This document shows positions 1 to 8,619 of a stretch of 64,000 nt of DNA, in pieces; the first letter of the stretch is position 1; every line of letters begins with the position of its first letter. A program made the position numbers and the translations under genes. Source of the DNA: a virus (taxonomy: Duplodnaviria; Heunggongvirae; Uroviricota; Caudoviricetes); IMG/VR virus record IMGVR_UViG_2974564184_000001, positions 977-64,976 of that record, one strand, 5' to 3'. The notes below the pieces were generated by a model, which saw only the letters and a list, made by a program, of their open reading frames with translations, did no database searches and was not told where the DNA came from.

Positions 1-100
1 AGGTGATGCGACAGAGGACAAGGCGGAGAAGGGAGAGTGAACTACACCGATTTTGGGGTAAACGTCCCTGACGAGTTGGAGTAGGATAGAGTAAAGATGA

Positions 101-125
101 GCCTCCTCCGGGAGGCTTTCTTATT
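101..125 (+). terminator. Rho-independent terminator (plus-strand)
   Basis: Hairpin GCCTCC-TCCG-GGAGGC followed by TTTCTTATT. Confidence 0.5.
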
Positions 126-220
126 AGTACCGCATATGCGTTACTCAATGTGTGTGGAACATGTTTACGCCATCGACATATTGTTGGGTACGTGTCGAAA
201 GAATGGAGCTTTATCGACAT

Positions 221-242
221 AAGAAAAACCCGCCGAAGCGGG
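221..242 (-). terminator. Rho-independent terminator for minus-strand transcripts
   Basis: CCCGC-CGAA-GCGGG hairpin with A-run on plus strand (T-run on minus) downstream of gene 353..763. Confidence 0.6.
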
Positions 243-352
243 TTATGAGGATGGGGTACAAGGTTGGGTAGTCACCTTTCTGCTTCAATCGTTTCCGAAT
301 GAGGTAGCCAGTTCCACGCGGGGCAGACTTAGGGAGGCTTAAAGGCGTCCCA

Positions 353-763
353 TCAGCAGTCTTCGTGCAGTCTTCCTGATCTCCATGATACAAGGTCATC
401 TTCGTCTCTCTCCTTCACTAAGTTTATGTTCAGACCCGCATTCTCGGTGAAGCTGTATGCAAAGTCTGGCTTATGATATTTAACCTGGTTGGCATACTTT
501 ACGGTTGCCCTGCGGACGCGCTCCCGCACGTACAGCTTGTTGGTGTGCTTATTCACCGAAGCGTACTTCGTGCCGTACTCTCTCTGCATCTTTTTGATGA
601 GATTCTGCTGTGGGTTAGTCCAGCAGGTGACCCGATTCACAATCCACGTTTTGGTTCTTATCGTGGAGGTATTGGTCGGGTAGTAGAAGCGCTCGTAGAA
701 GACGTATTTCAACGTTTTGACTCCCACTCTTGTACCACAAGGCGATTCCCACAGTTGTGGCAA
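353..763 (-). CDS. hypothetical protein, basic; possible DNA-binding or homing-endonuclease-associated
   Basis: 136-aa ORF in track; overlaps the next ORF (709..921) in another frame, so the true start is uncertain. Confidence 0.35.
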   Translation of the reverse strand: MPQLWESPCGTRVGVKTLKYVFYERFYYPTNTSTIRTKTWIVNRVTCWTNPQQNLIKKMQREYGTKYASVNKHTNKLYVRERVRRATVKYANQVKYHKPDFAYSFTENAGLNINLVKERDEDDLVSWRSGRLHEDC

Positions 764-921
764 TAGTTGAACTTGGGCTTGTTGCTCATAATACCACGAA
801 AGCCCATGTCAATAGCCAGGACATTTCCGCAGGTTCCTTTCCAGTCCATAACGTACCCGTCATCTGACTGATAAACGTACTCGCAGGTTGGGGAGTTGGC
901 ACCCCAGTTGTGTTGGCTCAT
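709..921 (-). CDS. small Cys-rich zinc-finger-like protein
   Basis: 70 aa with C..C...CHNCGN pattern; may be N-terminal part of one gene with 353..763 (frameshift?). Confidence 0.35.
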   Translation of the reverse strand: MSQHNWGANSPTCEYVYQSDDGYVMDWKGTCGNVLAIDMGFRGIMSNKPKFNYCHNCGNRLVVQEWESKR

Positions 922-1349
922 GCTACCTCCCTGATCTGGATTAAGTTAGGCACATATGTGCAGGTTGTGGAGTACGGCGTCTCTCTTCTGCGAAGCTGGG
1001 CCTTCGACAAGTCTGCATGAGATTGCTCGTCCACCTCCACGCGCCCGTAGAAGGGGTAGCCGCTACACATGATTGGGCGGTGGTCGTAAATGGAGCACTT
1101 GTTGTCTTTCAGTTTCGAGCAAGTGAAGTACGACGTGATCCTTCCTTGACGAGCAACTACGGCTTCCCGGTTCGATACGATCAAGGGGTTTTTCTGGAAT
1201 GCCTCGTCTCTTGACAAAGGCATCATCATCTCTCCATGAATAGCAGACACCACCCCGCGCTCCACTTTATCGTAGAACTCCTCATGGGTGATGTTGTCTA
1301 TCGCGATCACCTCACAGCAAGCGCTGCAATTGTGGCAATGCTTGATCAT
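918..1349 (-). CDS. cysteine-cluster protein (CxxCxxCC, YkgJ/PF03692-like)
   Basis: MIKHCHNCSACCEV...C..C motif; start moved to internal Met (ATGA overlap with upstream stop). Confidence 0.5.
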   Translation of the reverse strand: MIKHCHNCSACCEVIAIDNITHEEFYDKVERGVVSAIHGEMMMPLSRDEAFQKNPLIVSNREAVVARQGRITSYFTCSKLKDNKCSIYDHRPIMCSGYPFYGRVEVDEQSHADLSKAQLRRRETPYSTTCTYVPNLIQIREVA

Positions 1350-1672
1350 CTCGCCGCCTTCTTTGGTGGGTCGAACGGGAAGAATGACAGTCGGTATTCC
1401 TGCTCCCGCAGTGCCTTCATGTTTGTTTTGGCCCGACCGATTTCTACGAATTCGATCTCGTCCAGTTTCAGCTTCATGCCGTGGATCAACGACCACGCCA
1501 GACTACGAGGTCTACGTGTTGTGCCACCATTGTTGGGCAACCAGCGGAAGTAATACTTCGCCTGGGGTTCATATTGTGTTTGGCCCCACTGATCGATATA
1601 GACCATAACCCGCATCTTCCGTGGTTTGTCGGAGCGGGGGATGAACGGGTAAGTTCCGAAAGATACGTGCAT
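1346..1672 (-). CDS. hypothetical protein
   Basis: 108-aa ORF, tight coupling to neighbours. Confidence 0.45.
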   Translation of the reverse strand: MHVSFGTYPFIPRSDKPRKMRVMVYIDQWGQTQYEPQAKYYFRWLPNNGGTTRRPRSLAWSLIHGMKLKLDEIEFVEIGRAKTNMKALREQEYRLSFFPFDPPKKAAR

Positions 1673-1831
1673 GATTTTCTCCTTTATCCTTTAATAAGTG
1701 AAGCAGCTAAGATTCCAACAGCAATCCAGTTCACTGGCGCGACAAAAGCACTGATCTGAGAGTCAGATGTTGCCAGAATTGAGTTCCACACACCACACAG
1801 TACGTTCAGAATCAGTAAGGTCACAATCATT

Positions 1832-2038
1832 TTATTTCTCCTCGGTTTTGGGGAGTCTGTGCTCCCAGAGTTCTGCGTATTCCTGCATTATACTCATCAT
1901 GGCCTGCTTTACAAACACTTTTTCACTGCCGGGCATAGAGGAATTGTCGATGACACGCTTCATGCGGTCTTTCATCTTCTGACGGCGGTTCTTATTGGTG
2001 CTGTCGCCACGTTTGTACCAGTTTGGGATGCTACTCAC
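1832..2038 (-). CDS. hypothetical small basic protein
   Basis: 68-aa ORF. Confidence 0.35.
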   Translation of the reverse strand: MSSIPNWYKRGDSTNKNRRQKMKDRMKRVIDNSSMPGSEKVFVKQAMMSIMQEYAELWEHRLPKTEEK

Positions 2039-2193
2039 TTGTCACGTACCCACATTTGTCGAGAATAATGACGATTACCAGGATGAAGAGGACTTTCCCG
2101 AGAAAGCCAACACATCCTGAGTTACGGTAGACACCTTCCTGCTTTGCATAGTAGTGATCTCGGGTCAAAGCCCTCATCATCCAGAAGTTCATA

Positions 2194-2475
2194 TTATCTG
2201 GTCACCTTGATTTCAACTTTTACCACGAAGAACCGAAAGCTCTCCTCATTCGATACATCGAAGTCGTTACAACTTTTCCGTACATCGACAGTTATGTTCT
2301 TCTCCAAGTCAAGATAGTGATACGTCCCAGTTTTCAGATAGCAGTGCTTGCTGTTAAAAACCCGGTATTTGGTGTCTTGAAAGAACTGACCTTTCTTTAT
2401 ATGTTTGAAACAAGCCATTATGCTAACCCCCCAGTGAGTATCCCTGCTGCGGCAGCAGCGTTCAACATGCAGCAT
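2194..2475 (-). CDS. hypothetical protein
   Basis: 93-aa ORF; true start possibly internal Met. Confidence 0.35.
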   Translation of the reverse strand: MLHVERCCRSRDTHWGVSIMACFKHIKKGQFFQDTKYRVFNSKHCYLKTGTYHYLDLEKNITVDVRKSCNDFDVSNEESFRFFVVKVEIKVTR

Positions 2476-2697
2476 ACAACGTAAACCTGACGGCGGGTGT
2501 GAGTGCTGTTAGGGTCAATAGCTTCGGTAGCGGAGTACAAGGCCAGTACACCTGCCAGCAAGCCGATGATGATGTTTATTACTTCCATTTTTTCATTCTC
2601 CTCTGATGATATTCTTTAAGCTCCGTCTCGGAGCAGGGTGGTGTACAGACAATATACACCGGAAGCGAAGCCAACACAAGGGCAATCATTAGGGTCA

Positions 2698-3159
2698 TCA
2701 TTTAGGTATGCAGTCCTTCAAGAACTCCCAGTCAATACCCGCCAGTTCACACATCTTCCTCATGCTGTCCAGCATAGGTATGTCGAACTCAGGCCTGAAA
2801 GTCTGTGAAATGCCATATGCTTGACGCTCAAGAATCTTTTTAAGCATGTTCTTGTGGAACGAATTCAGAGAGAGCATGGACTTCCTGCCGTCCATAGGAC
2901 GCAGCCGGGTCAACAGATACTCGAACCCATCAAAAGAAATCCGTGCGTCATTAGCCACCACTACCGCATCGTACTGCATCCCCGGGATCGTCCGTATATA
3001 GTGGTAATGTGAGTTATAGTCCGTCAGAAAGTAGACATTCTTCGGAATCCTTTTACGCTGGTTCATGATCCGATTGTGCTCTCCCTCGGTCTCGACATGC
3101 ACGACGTAGGCTATCTTCATTTGTACTTCACCTCCAGTAAGAATCGCTGCTTTCTGCAA
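2698..3159 (-). CDS. hypothetical protein
   Basis: 153-aa ORF, start may be internal (MKIAYVVH). Confidence 0.45.
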   Translation of the reverse strand: MQKAAILTGGEVQMKIAYVVHVETEGEHNRIMNQRKRIPKNVYFLTDYNSHYHYIRTIPGMQYDAVVVANDARISFDGFEYLLTRLRPMDGRKSMLSLNSFHKNMLKKILERQAYGISQTFRPEFDIPMLDSMRKMCELAGIDWEFLKDCIPK

Positions 3160-3428
3160 GCGATCACGTCCAGTTTAGATGTTGAACCTATCAGTTCGAC
3201 GTGCCAGCGCTCTACGTCCTTGCCGTATTGCTTCTTGACTAAGGCTCCAACACGTTCGCAGCCATGCTTGTACACATACTGAGATTTCAGGAAGCCCTTA
3301 GTCTTCAACAAACTGCACCAAGTATCCTGATAGCAGGCTTTTACGCTATCAACCTTGCAGAGCAGTTGGTAGATGCGTTTTTCAATGCCCTCTGAGCCTG
3401 GGCCAAGCACGTAGTGTTCAGTTTTCAT
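3117..3428 (-). CDS. hypothetical protein
   Basis: 103-aa ORF. Confidence 0.4.
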   Translation of the reverse strand: MKTEHYVLGPGSEGIEKRIYQLLCKVDSVKACYQDTWCSLLKTKGFLKSQYVYKHGCERVGALVKKQYGKDVERWHVELIGSTSKLDVIACRKQRFLLEVKYK

Positions 3429-3721
3429 GATACCTCTTTCTCGCGGGAGGTGATGATCAGCTCCGCCTCTTCTAAGATTAACCGCATACGACGAATCTTC
3501 TCTATACCTAAGATTATCACCAAATCTTCTGTACCTGCTTCGTCTCCTGGTTGGGAAAAACCTAAATACTCGTGGATACCGAGTTCTATTTTTATATCGT
3601 CAACCACGGCTTGCTGGAAATAATCACCTTCCCATTGGAAATAGCCGTTCTCAAAAGACGGTGCCGAGGGGCAGTGTCGGTAAGTCCCACCACAATGGAA
3701 CTCGCATGTGCATAAGGCCAT
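3425..3721 (-). CDS. hypothetical protein
   Basis: 98-aa ORF, ATGA-type coupling. Confidence 0.4.
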   Translation of the reverse strand: MALCTCEFHCGGTYRHCPSAPSFENGYFQWEGDYFQQAVVDDIKIELGIHEYLGFSQPGDEAGTEDLVIILGIEKIRRMRLILEEAELIITSREKEVS

Positions 3722-3757
3722 TATTTTCTCCTCTCAAATCAAAAAGGGCCGAAGCCC

Positions 3758-3976
3758 TTAAACCACTACCCGCTTGAAAAGTAACTTTTCAAGTTTGTGC
3801 CACAGCCAGGCACCGGGAACAGAACTGAGGATCACAATTGCCAGAGTGGTAAAGAACGCGGCTGCTACACCAAGTTCAAATACCTTCTCAACGTATGCTG
3901 CCACAATTACATCCGCAAACGTGATAGGTAGTGCGATCACGACGATAAACATGATGAAGCTCAAGATTTTATCCAT
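3758..3976 (-). CDS. small membrane protein
   Basis: 72 aa, two hydrophobic helices. Confidence 0.45.
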   Translation of the reverse strand: MDKILSFIMFIVVIALPITFADVIVAAYVEKVFELGVAAAFFTTLAIVILSSVPGAWLWHKLEKLLFKRVVV

Positions 3977-4263
3977 TAGTTAATTTTCCCCTTTCCAGTT
4001 TTAGTTGCGCCAAGAGGCCAGTCGCCACCTTGACTCCATGCGAGGACATCACCGTAGCCGGGATGCTCTTTCTTTCCGGTCATTGTGGCCTTGTTAGAGA
4101 TATCAAATGACCGTTTCCCGCTTTCTGTTTCGTACAGAAGCCAGACCCCACGATCATCACATCCCATATCTGTCCAGTGGATCGTCCACTTTAAGGTTCC
4201 AACAAGAACGTTTCTGTCTTCTTTGAACAAACCCTTCAACCAGTCGATCATTTGTTCGCCCAC
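3976..4263 (-). CDS. hypothetical protein
   Basis: 95-aa ORF. Confidence 0.4.
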   Translation of the reverse strand: MGEQMIDWLKGLFKEDRNVLVGTLKWTIHWTDMGCDDRGVWLLYETESGKRSFDISNKATMTGKKEHPGYGDVLAWSQGGDWPLGATKTGKGKIN

Positions 4264-4505
4264 TCAGCCAGCGCTTTTACCACGCGGGTTTCATCAAACA
4301 TAGAACAGATGATAAAGCCTACAAAGACTGTAGCAAAGCCAATTATCAGAGTGCCCACCATCACCTTGACTGCTTGGTCTCCGAAAGCAGCTTCAAAGCC
4401 TGCACAAATCCCGAAGATTGAACCAAGAAACAGAACTCCCACCAAGAAACATACCAATATACCTTTCATTTGATTTTCTCCTCTCTCATCTCGACGTAAC
4501 GCCAC
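4248..4505 (-). CDS. small membrane protein
   Basis: hydrophobic segments GILVCFLVGVLFLGSIFGI / LIIGFATVFVGFIIC. Confidence 0.45.
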   Translation of the reverse strand: MALRRDERGENQMKGILVCFLVGVLFLGSIFGICAGFEAAFGDQAVKVMVGTLIIGFATVFVGFIICSMFDETRVVKALAEWANK

Positions 4506-4626
4506 GTCTTCTTGTAGTGTGCCACTTTATCAGCGACTTCTGAGGTTGTCAAGCCCCCTTTGAGAAAATACCACTCCCCTTGCAGGGAGCAGGAGTCCAA
4601 AGACATTCTTCCGTAGATAGAGTACG

Positions 4627-5778
4627 TCAACCTTTGATCGCTTTCAGGTTGGCAATAGTATTCTCAAGCTCACGGATGGCTTTTGAGTACATTTTGCGGC
4701 GATGTTTTTCGAGGAACTTCTCCAGGAACTCCAGCGGCTTGAAGTCGAGGAAATATTCCAGGTTTTCTTCGATGCGGTACTCATCTTCAAGCATTGAAAA
4801 CAATGCGTTGTTAACTTCAACAGGGATAAACCCTGCCTTCACCACTTGGTGAGTGACCAGACGCTTTTTGTCCACGTCCCATGTGTTGTTGATCGGGAAG
4901 GCGTCCTGACCGTGCTTGTCTTGGAACAATTCCGACGCTTTCTCCGCCATCTCGTTTCTCGACTCCCGGTCTTCGTCATAAGAGTCTGATGAACTACGGC
5001 GGCGGCGCTCGTTAAAACGTCCACGGAACTCGCTCAGGTCATCAAAGTTTTCCATTGCCAAGTCGGTAAGCAATAAGATGTCATCCGATTGACTGATCAG
5101 GTTCGCGGCTTCGTATTTTACCTCGAAGGTGCTTGCAGAGTCGCGATCACGGTCGAGTACGAATGCCCGAGGCATGAAGTCGTAGTCGAATTTGAACTTA
5201 CCCGGCACTTCGGTAACAAAGATGCCCTTCACGAACAGGCGGCAGTTCTTGTGGTTGCCTTGTTTGGAGTAAGCCTTCCCGCGAGAGTTCTCGATCACCA
5301 CGGTTCTGTTCTGGGTCGGTGCGAAATTGGACTTAATCTCTTCAATCGCTTCCGCAGGTAGGTTGTTGATTCCAATCTCAACCGTATCCTTTGTTGCAAT
5401 GAGGCAACCCTCTTCGATGTTGACTGCCAGAACGTTCTCTTGGAACAATTCATCGTACACCATCTCAGGAGACCAGAGGTCACCCTCGTTATTCACAACA
5501 ATGCCAGCGCCCAGGCGCTTGAGAACAAGAAAGCCCAGCTTCATACCTTCACCGAACTTACCGATGGAGTCCACATCGCCCGTCTTGGAGGTTTTACCCA
5601 ACAGCAGGGCGGAAATTGGGATTTTCCCGCCACGGGAAATAACTTTGATGTTATTCTCGCCGAATTCGATGTTGTAGTCCTTGGTGTCCACAGCATTTTG
5701 CAGGATCTCACGAACGCCCTGCCACCATGACCAGTGGGCAACATAAGTTTCAGTGATTGAGAGCTTAATCTGTTTCAT
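4627..5778 (-). CDS. GHKL-family (histidine-kinase/Hsp90/MORC-like) ATPase
   Basis: Bergerat-fold motifs REILQNAVD (N box) and GKFGEGMKLGFLV (G1/G2 box); 383 aa. Confidence 0.6.
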   Translation of the reverse strand: MKQIKLSITETYVAHWSWWQGVREILQNAVDTKDYNIEFGENNIKVISRGGKIPISALLLGKTSKTGDVDSIGKFGEGMKLGFLVLKRLGAGIVVNNEGDLWSPEMVYDELFQENVLAVNIEEGCLIATKDTVEIGINNLPAEAIEEIKSNFAPTQNRTVVIENSRGKAYSKQGNHKNCRLFVKGIFVTEVPGKFKFDYDFMPRAFVLDRDRDSASTFEVKYEAANLISQSDDILLLTDLAMENFDDLSEFRGRFNERRRRSSSDSYDEDRESRNEMAEKASELFQDKHGQDAFPINNTWDVDKKRLVTHQVVKAGFIPVEVNNALFSMLEDEYRIEENLEYFLDFKPLEFLEKFLEKHRRKMYSKAIRELENTIANLKAIKG

Positions 5779-6098
5779 TATTCCTCCCCTGCGTTATAGA
5801 CCATGCAATCTGAGATGAAATCCTTACGAACACCCTCATGAATGTCATAGCTGTGTGTTTTCCCGAAGCTCATGGTGTCACATGCGACGGCATAATGTAT
5901 CTGACAACCTGCGATCAGCAAATTCCCCAGCAAGACAAACCAATTGGACGCCCCACGGTTGGATTTCAGACCTAATGTGGAGTCAGCATCTTGGACACCA
6001 TGACAAACACCCCACGCGGCTCGGTATTGCTTGCCGTCTGGCGCAAAGAAGTAGTTATCGGTAGTGATGAGCATCTTTTGGCCCGGTACGAATTTCAT
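5778..6098 (-). CDS. hypothetical protein
   Basis: 106-aa ORF, start codon overlaps GHKL gene stop. Confidence 0.4.
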   Translation of the reverse strand: MKFVPGQKMLITTDNYFFAPDGKQYRAAWGVCHGVQDADSTLGLKSNRGASNWFVLLGNLLIAGCQIHYAVACDTMSFGKTHSYDIHEGVRKDFISDCMVYNAGEE

Positions 6099-6220
6099 AG
6101 TTTCTCCTTGTAAACGTTTTGTGTCCGAGAATCATACATAGCGTGGAACATCGTGTCAACCACTTGCTTTCTTTTTTCTTTCCTGTATACTGGCTGCACA
6201 TTCACTTAAAGGAGAGCACA

Positions 6221-6793
6221 ATGTCCCTCACACAATTAACTCAACCAACACTATACTCGTGCGTAACCACTTGCATCGCCATGTTGCTGGGAGAGAAATC
6301 CCCAGACAACATCGTTGCGACGTACCACCCGCTGTTCTGGTCTGGGAAGATGAGTACACACCAGATTCTGGACGATTTGCACATCAAATATCGCAAACCG
6401 CGTAACCGTCACTGCCTGAAACGCAACAAGACCTATCTGATCGGAATTCCATCTCTGAATATCACAGGTGGTATGCACCAAGTCATCTTCCAGGTGGACA
6501 ATAACTGGACGATCACCGTGTTTGACCCGGCACAGGGTCGTAAAGGTCGTCGTTTCTACCAGTCAACGTGGAAACCCCTGACTGAAAACAGTGCCTACCC
6601 GATTACTTGGGAGATTGATGCTGAGATTGTGGGTGTTAAGCGTGTCAAGGTGTCAAGATCTGATACTATTTATCATGCTGACGCATATCAGGAACGTCAA
6701 CGTGCGGCTTCGCGCTCTCACGACTACGACTTCCATGAGTTCTTGGCTAAACGTGTAGTAGATCAGGGAGAAACCTATGACCTCGCGCCGTAA
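6221..6793 (+). CDS. papain-like cysteine peptidase, C39-like
   Basis: AGGAG RBS before ATG 6221; motif TLYSCVTTCIAMLLG (Cys) and GGMHQVIF (His) resembling peptidase C39 catalytic dyad; opposite strand to neighbours. Confidence 0.45.
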   Translation: MSLTQLTQPTLYSCVTTCIAMLLGEKSPDNIVATYHPLFWSGKMSTHQILDDLHIKYRKPRNRHCLKRNKTYLIGIPSLNITGGMHQVIFQVDNNWTITVFDPAQGRKGRRFYQSTWKPLTENSAYPITWEIDAEIVGVKRVKVSRSDTIYHADAYQERQRAASRSHDYDFHEFLAKRVVDQGETYDLAP

Positions 6794-7067
6794 GGATTAT
6801 GGAATACCGGATCGCAACCAGATTGACCCCCGCCTGGCGGTGGATGACCTTGCAATTGTGTATGGATTCCCTGAGGGGAGTCCTTCATCAATCATCAACG
6901 GGAAAGAGGTTATGATTACCGGGCCTCTTAACAAGGGAAAGTACACCTGTGACGTTGACGGCTATCCTCAGTCGTTCCACATCGCACCGGAGAACTTGAT
7001 GTACTTGGATACCGAAGACATCATCATAATTTCTGTCTACGATGAATTCCTTCCCCGGAACCAATAA
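6777..7067 (+). CDS. hypothetical protein
   Basis: 96-aa ORF overlapping previous stop; followed by strong terminator. Confidence 0.4.
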   Translation: MTSRRKDYGIPDRNQIDPRLAVDDLAIVYGFPEGSPSSIINGKEVMITGPLNKGKYTCDVDGYPQSFHIAPENLMYLDTEDIIIISVYDEFLPRNQ

Positions 7068-7070
7068 CAA

Positions 7071-7099
7071 AAAACCCGCCAAAAGGCGGGTTTCTTTTT
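7071..7099. terminator. bidirectional rho-independent terminator
   Basis: AAAAACCCGCC-AAAA-GGCGGGTTTCTTTTT; convergent genes on both sides. Confidence 0.75.
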
Positions 7100-7361
7100 A
7101 CATCACCGTTACTCTCAACCACTCATTTCTTTGCGTCAAGATCATCCGGTTCTTCTTGCTTCGATTCATCACTGCCGGGATTACCTGGATGTTGTCCCCG
7201 CAGTTCAGACCTGAGCAGCTTCTTGCTCTGAGAGGGATCATGTGATCCGGTTCCCACTTCAAGCTGGTTTGTTCATTACGTACTTTGCAAAGCGCATCCG
7301 CCTCATCGCGGACGAACTCATCCCATTCGGTGTGGGTGGTTGCTCGTTCAATTGCCTCCAT
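7098..7361 (-). CDS. HNH endonuclease (small)
   Basis: DHMIPLRARSCSGLNCGDNIQVIPAVMNRSK = DH..P...G...N.Q......N HNH motif. Confidence 0.65.
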   Translation of the reverse strand: MEAIERATTHTEWDEFVRDEADALCKVRNEQTSLKWEPDHMIPLRARSCSGLNCGDNIQVIPAVMNRSKKNRMILTQRNEWLRVTVM

Positions 7362-7485
7362 CCGTGCATAGCGGATGCGGAGTTGTTCAGCCTTCCCCTC
7401 TGGGGTTGCTCGACGAGCTTTGTCAAGTTCGCGACGACGTGCAGCGTATGCCTTATAGTAGGCTTGTCTGTTTATGTGCTTCTCC

Positions 7486-8010
7486 TTATCGAATGAACAG
7501 AGCAGTAAGCGTCAGGATCGCATACGCTGTCGCCCCAATCAAGAAGAGGCGGTTACCAGACGAGCGCAACCAACGCTCCACACGTTGCTCTGGTGGACTT
7601 TCCTTCACATGCTCTTCGATGATTGTATCCACAGCACGATACAGGTCGCGGAGCGCTGTCTCAAACCCTTCATACTTGTCGAATGCCGGGTCGAGGTCAT
7701 CAGGATCAAGGTCGCCCATCTTTCTGACCCTGAAACTGTACTTATTTGGAACGGTTGAGGCTGCACGGGTGACATCAAGTCGTCCTGTGATACTGTGGAA
7801 CAGAATATCGTTCTCGAAGTCACGAACAATGAGGGTTCTATCCCCGCAAGGTCGTCTCAAAAGTTCGATATTGCCCTTTGCCGTTCCGATGGCCCCTTTC
7901 TCCAAGAGTTCTTTCCAGTATTCTTGGAGGGCAGGACGTTCTCTTACCAGTTTCTGAAACATGACTACCTCCTTAGTGTAAGATACCATTTTATCACGGA
8001 ATCTCAACAA
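7486..8010 (-). CDS. hypothetical protein with C-terminal transmembrane helix
   Basis: 174-aa ORF; C-terminus LFLIGATAYAILTLTALFI. Confidence 0.45.
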   Translation of the reverse strand: MLRFRDKMVSYTKEVVMFQKLVRERPALQEYWKELLEKGAIGTAKGNIELLRRPCGDRTLIVRDFENDILFHSITGRLDVTRAASTVPNKYSFRVRKMGDLDPDDLDPAFDKYEGFETALRDLYRAVDTIIEEHVKESPPEQRVERWLRSSGNRLFLIGATAYAILTLTALFIR

Positions 8011-8043
8011 TTTGTATAAGAAGTAACCTACATTTCATGCTAA

Positions 8044-8247
8044 TCAGCAGGTAAAACTGCAATTAGGACAAGGACATGCGATCCCGTGGATGCAAATCCC
8101 GCCGTTTCTGCGGATACCTGTTCCTTTGCACTCCGTGCAAGCCTTATGCAGGCATCTGGTTCCTTCTTTCGCACGACCAACCAGTGGAATGTAGCGCTCA
8201 CGGAGCGCCTCCATCTGTTCAAGGGTCATATCACTACCGAAGCTCAT
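8044..8247 (-). CDS. small Cys-rich protein
   Basis: CLHKACTECKGTG...CIHGIACPCPNC. Confidence 0.4.
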   Translation of the reverse strand: MSFGSDMTLEQMEALRERYIPLVGRAKEGTRCLHKACTECKGTGIRRNGGICIHGIACPCPNCSFTC

Positions 8248-8413
8248 AGGCGTTCACCTGTAAGCTCCATCCAAAGGGTGAAGTCCTCGTAGAAGTACGG
8301 GAAGTCCACATCCAAAGGCCAATTCTCTGGGTCTTTTTCGTGGTTCTCCATGTAACTGGCTTTCCACTTATCAACCAAAGGTTTGAAGATGTTTTCGAAT
8401 TCGTTCAGGGTCA
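8244..8413 (-). CDS. hypothetical small protein (56 aa, not in ORF track)
   Basis: ATG at 8413 preceded by GGAGAAAAA; MTLNEFENIFKPLVDKWK...; stop overlaps next start (ATGA); overlaps 8371..8619 ORF in another frame. Confidence 0.3.
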
Positions 8414-8619
8414 TTTTTTCTCCTAATGATGTAATTCACTATCGGTGCGACAGGCCACATGAACCCAAAGGTGAAACACCTTTCCGACCAATCATGGTCG
8501 GATCGGATTTTGTGCATCAATCGCAGTTCTTTGTTGTTCTCCATACGGATGCAGTAGATCAGCCCGATCACCGCATACGCAAGGAACATTGCTCCGTAAA
8601 TCAATTCCACCCAACTCAC
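8371..8619 (-). CDS. small membrane protein
   Basis: 82 aa, hydrophobic N-terminus. Confidence 0.4.
   Translation of the reverse strand: MSWVELIYGAMFLAYAVIGLIYCIRMENNKELRLMHKIRSDHDWSERCFTFGFMWPVAPIVNYIIRRKNDPERIRKHLQTFG

Noticed and set aside
211-399. 62-aa minus-strand ORF
   Set aside because: Spans the convergent terminator hairpins at 101-125 and 221-242; likely non-coding.
7340-7957. 205-aa plus-strand ORF
   Set aside because: Antisense to two well-supported minus-strand genes; Ser/Arg-rich low-complexity translation; no RBS.
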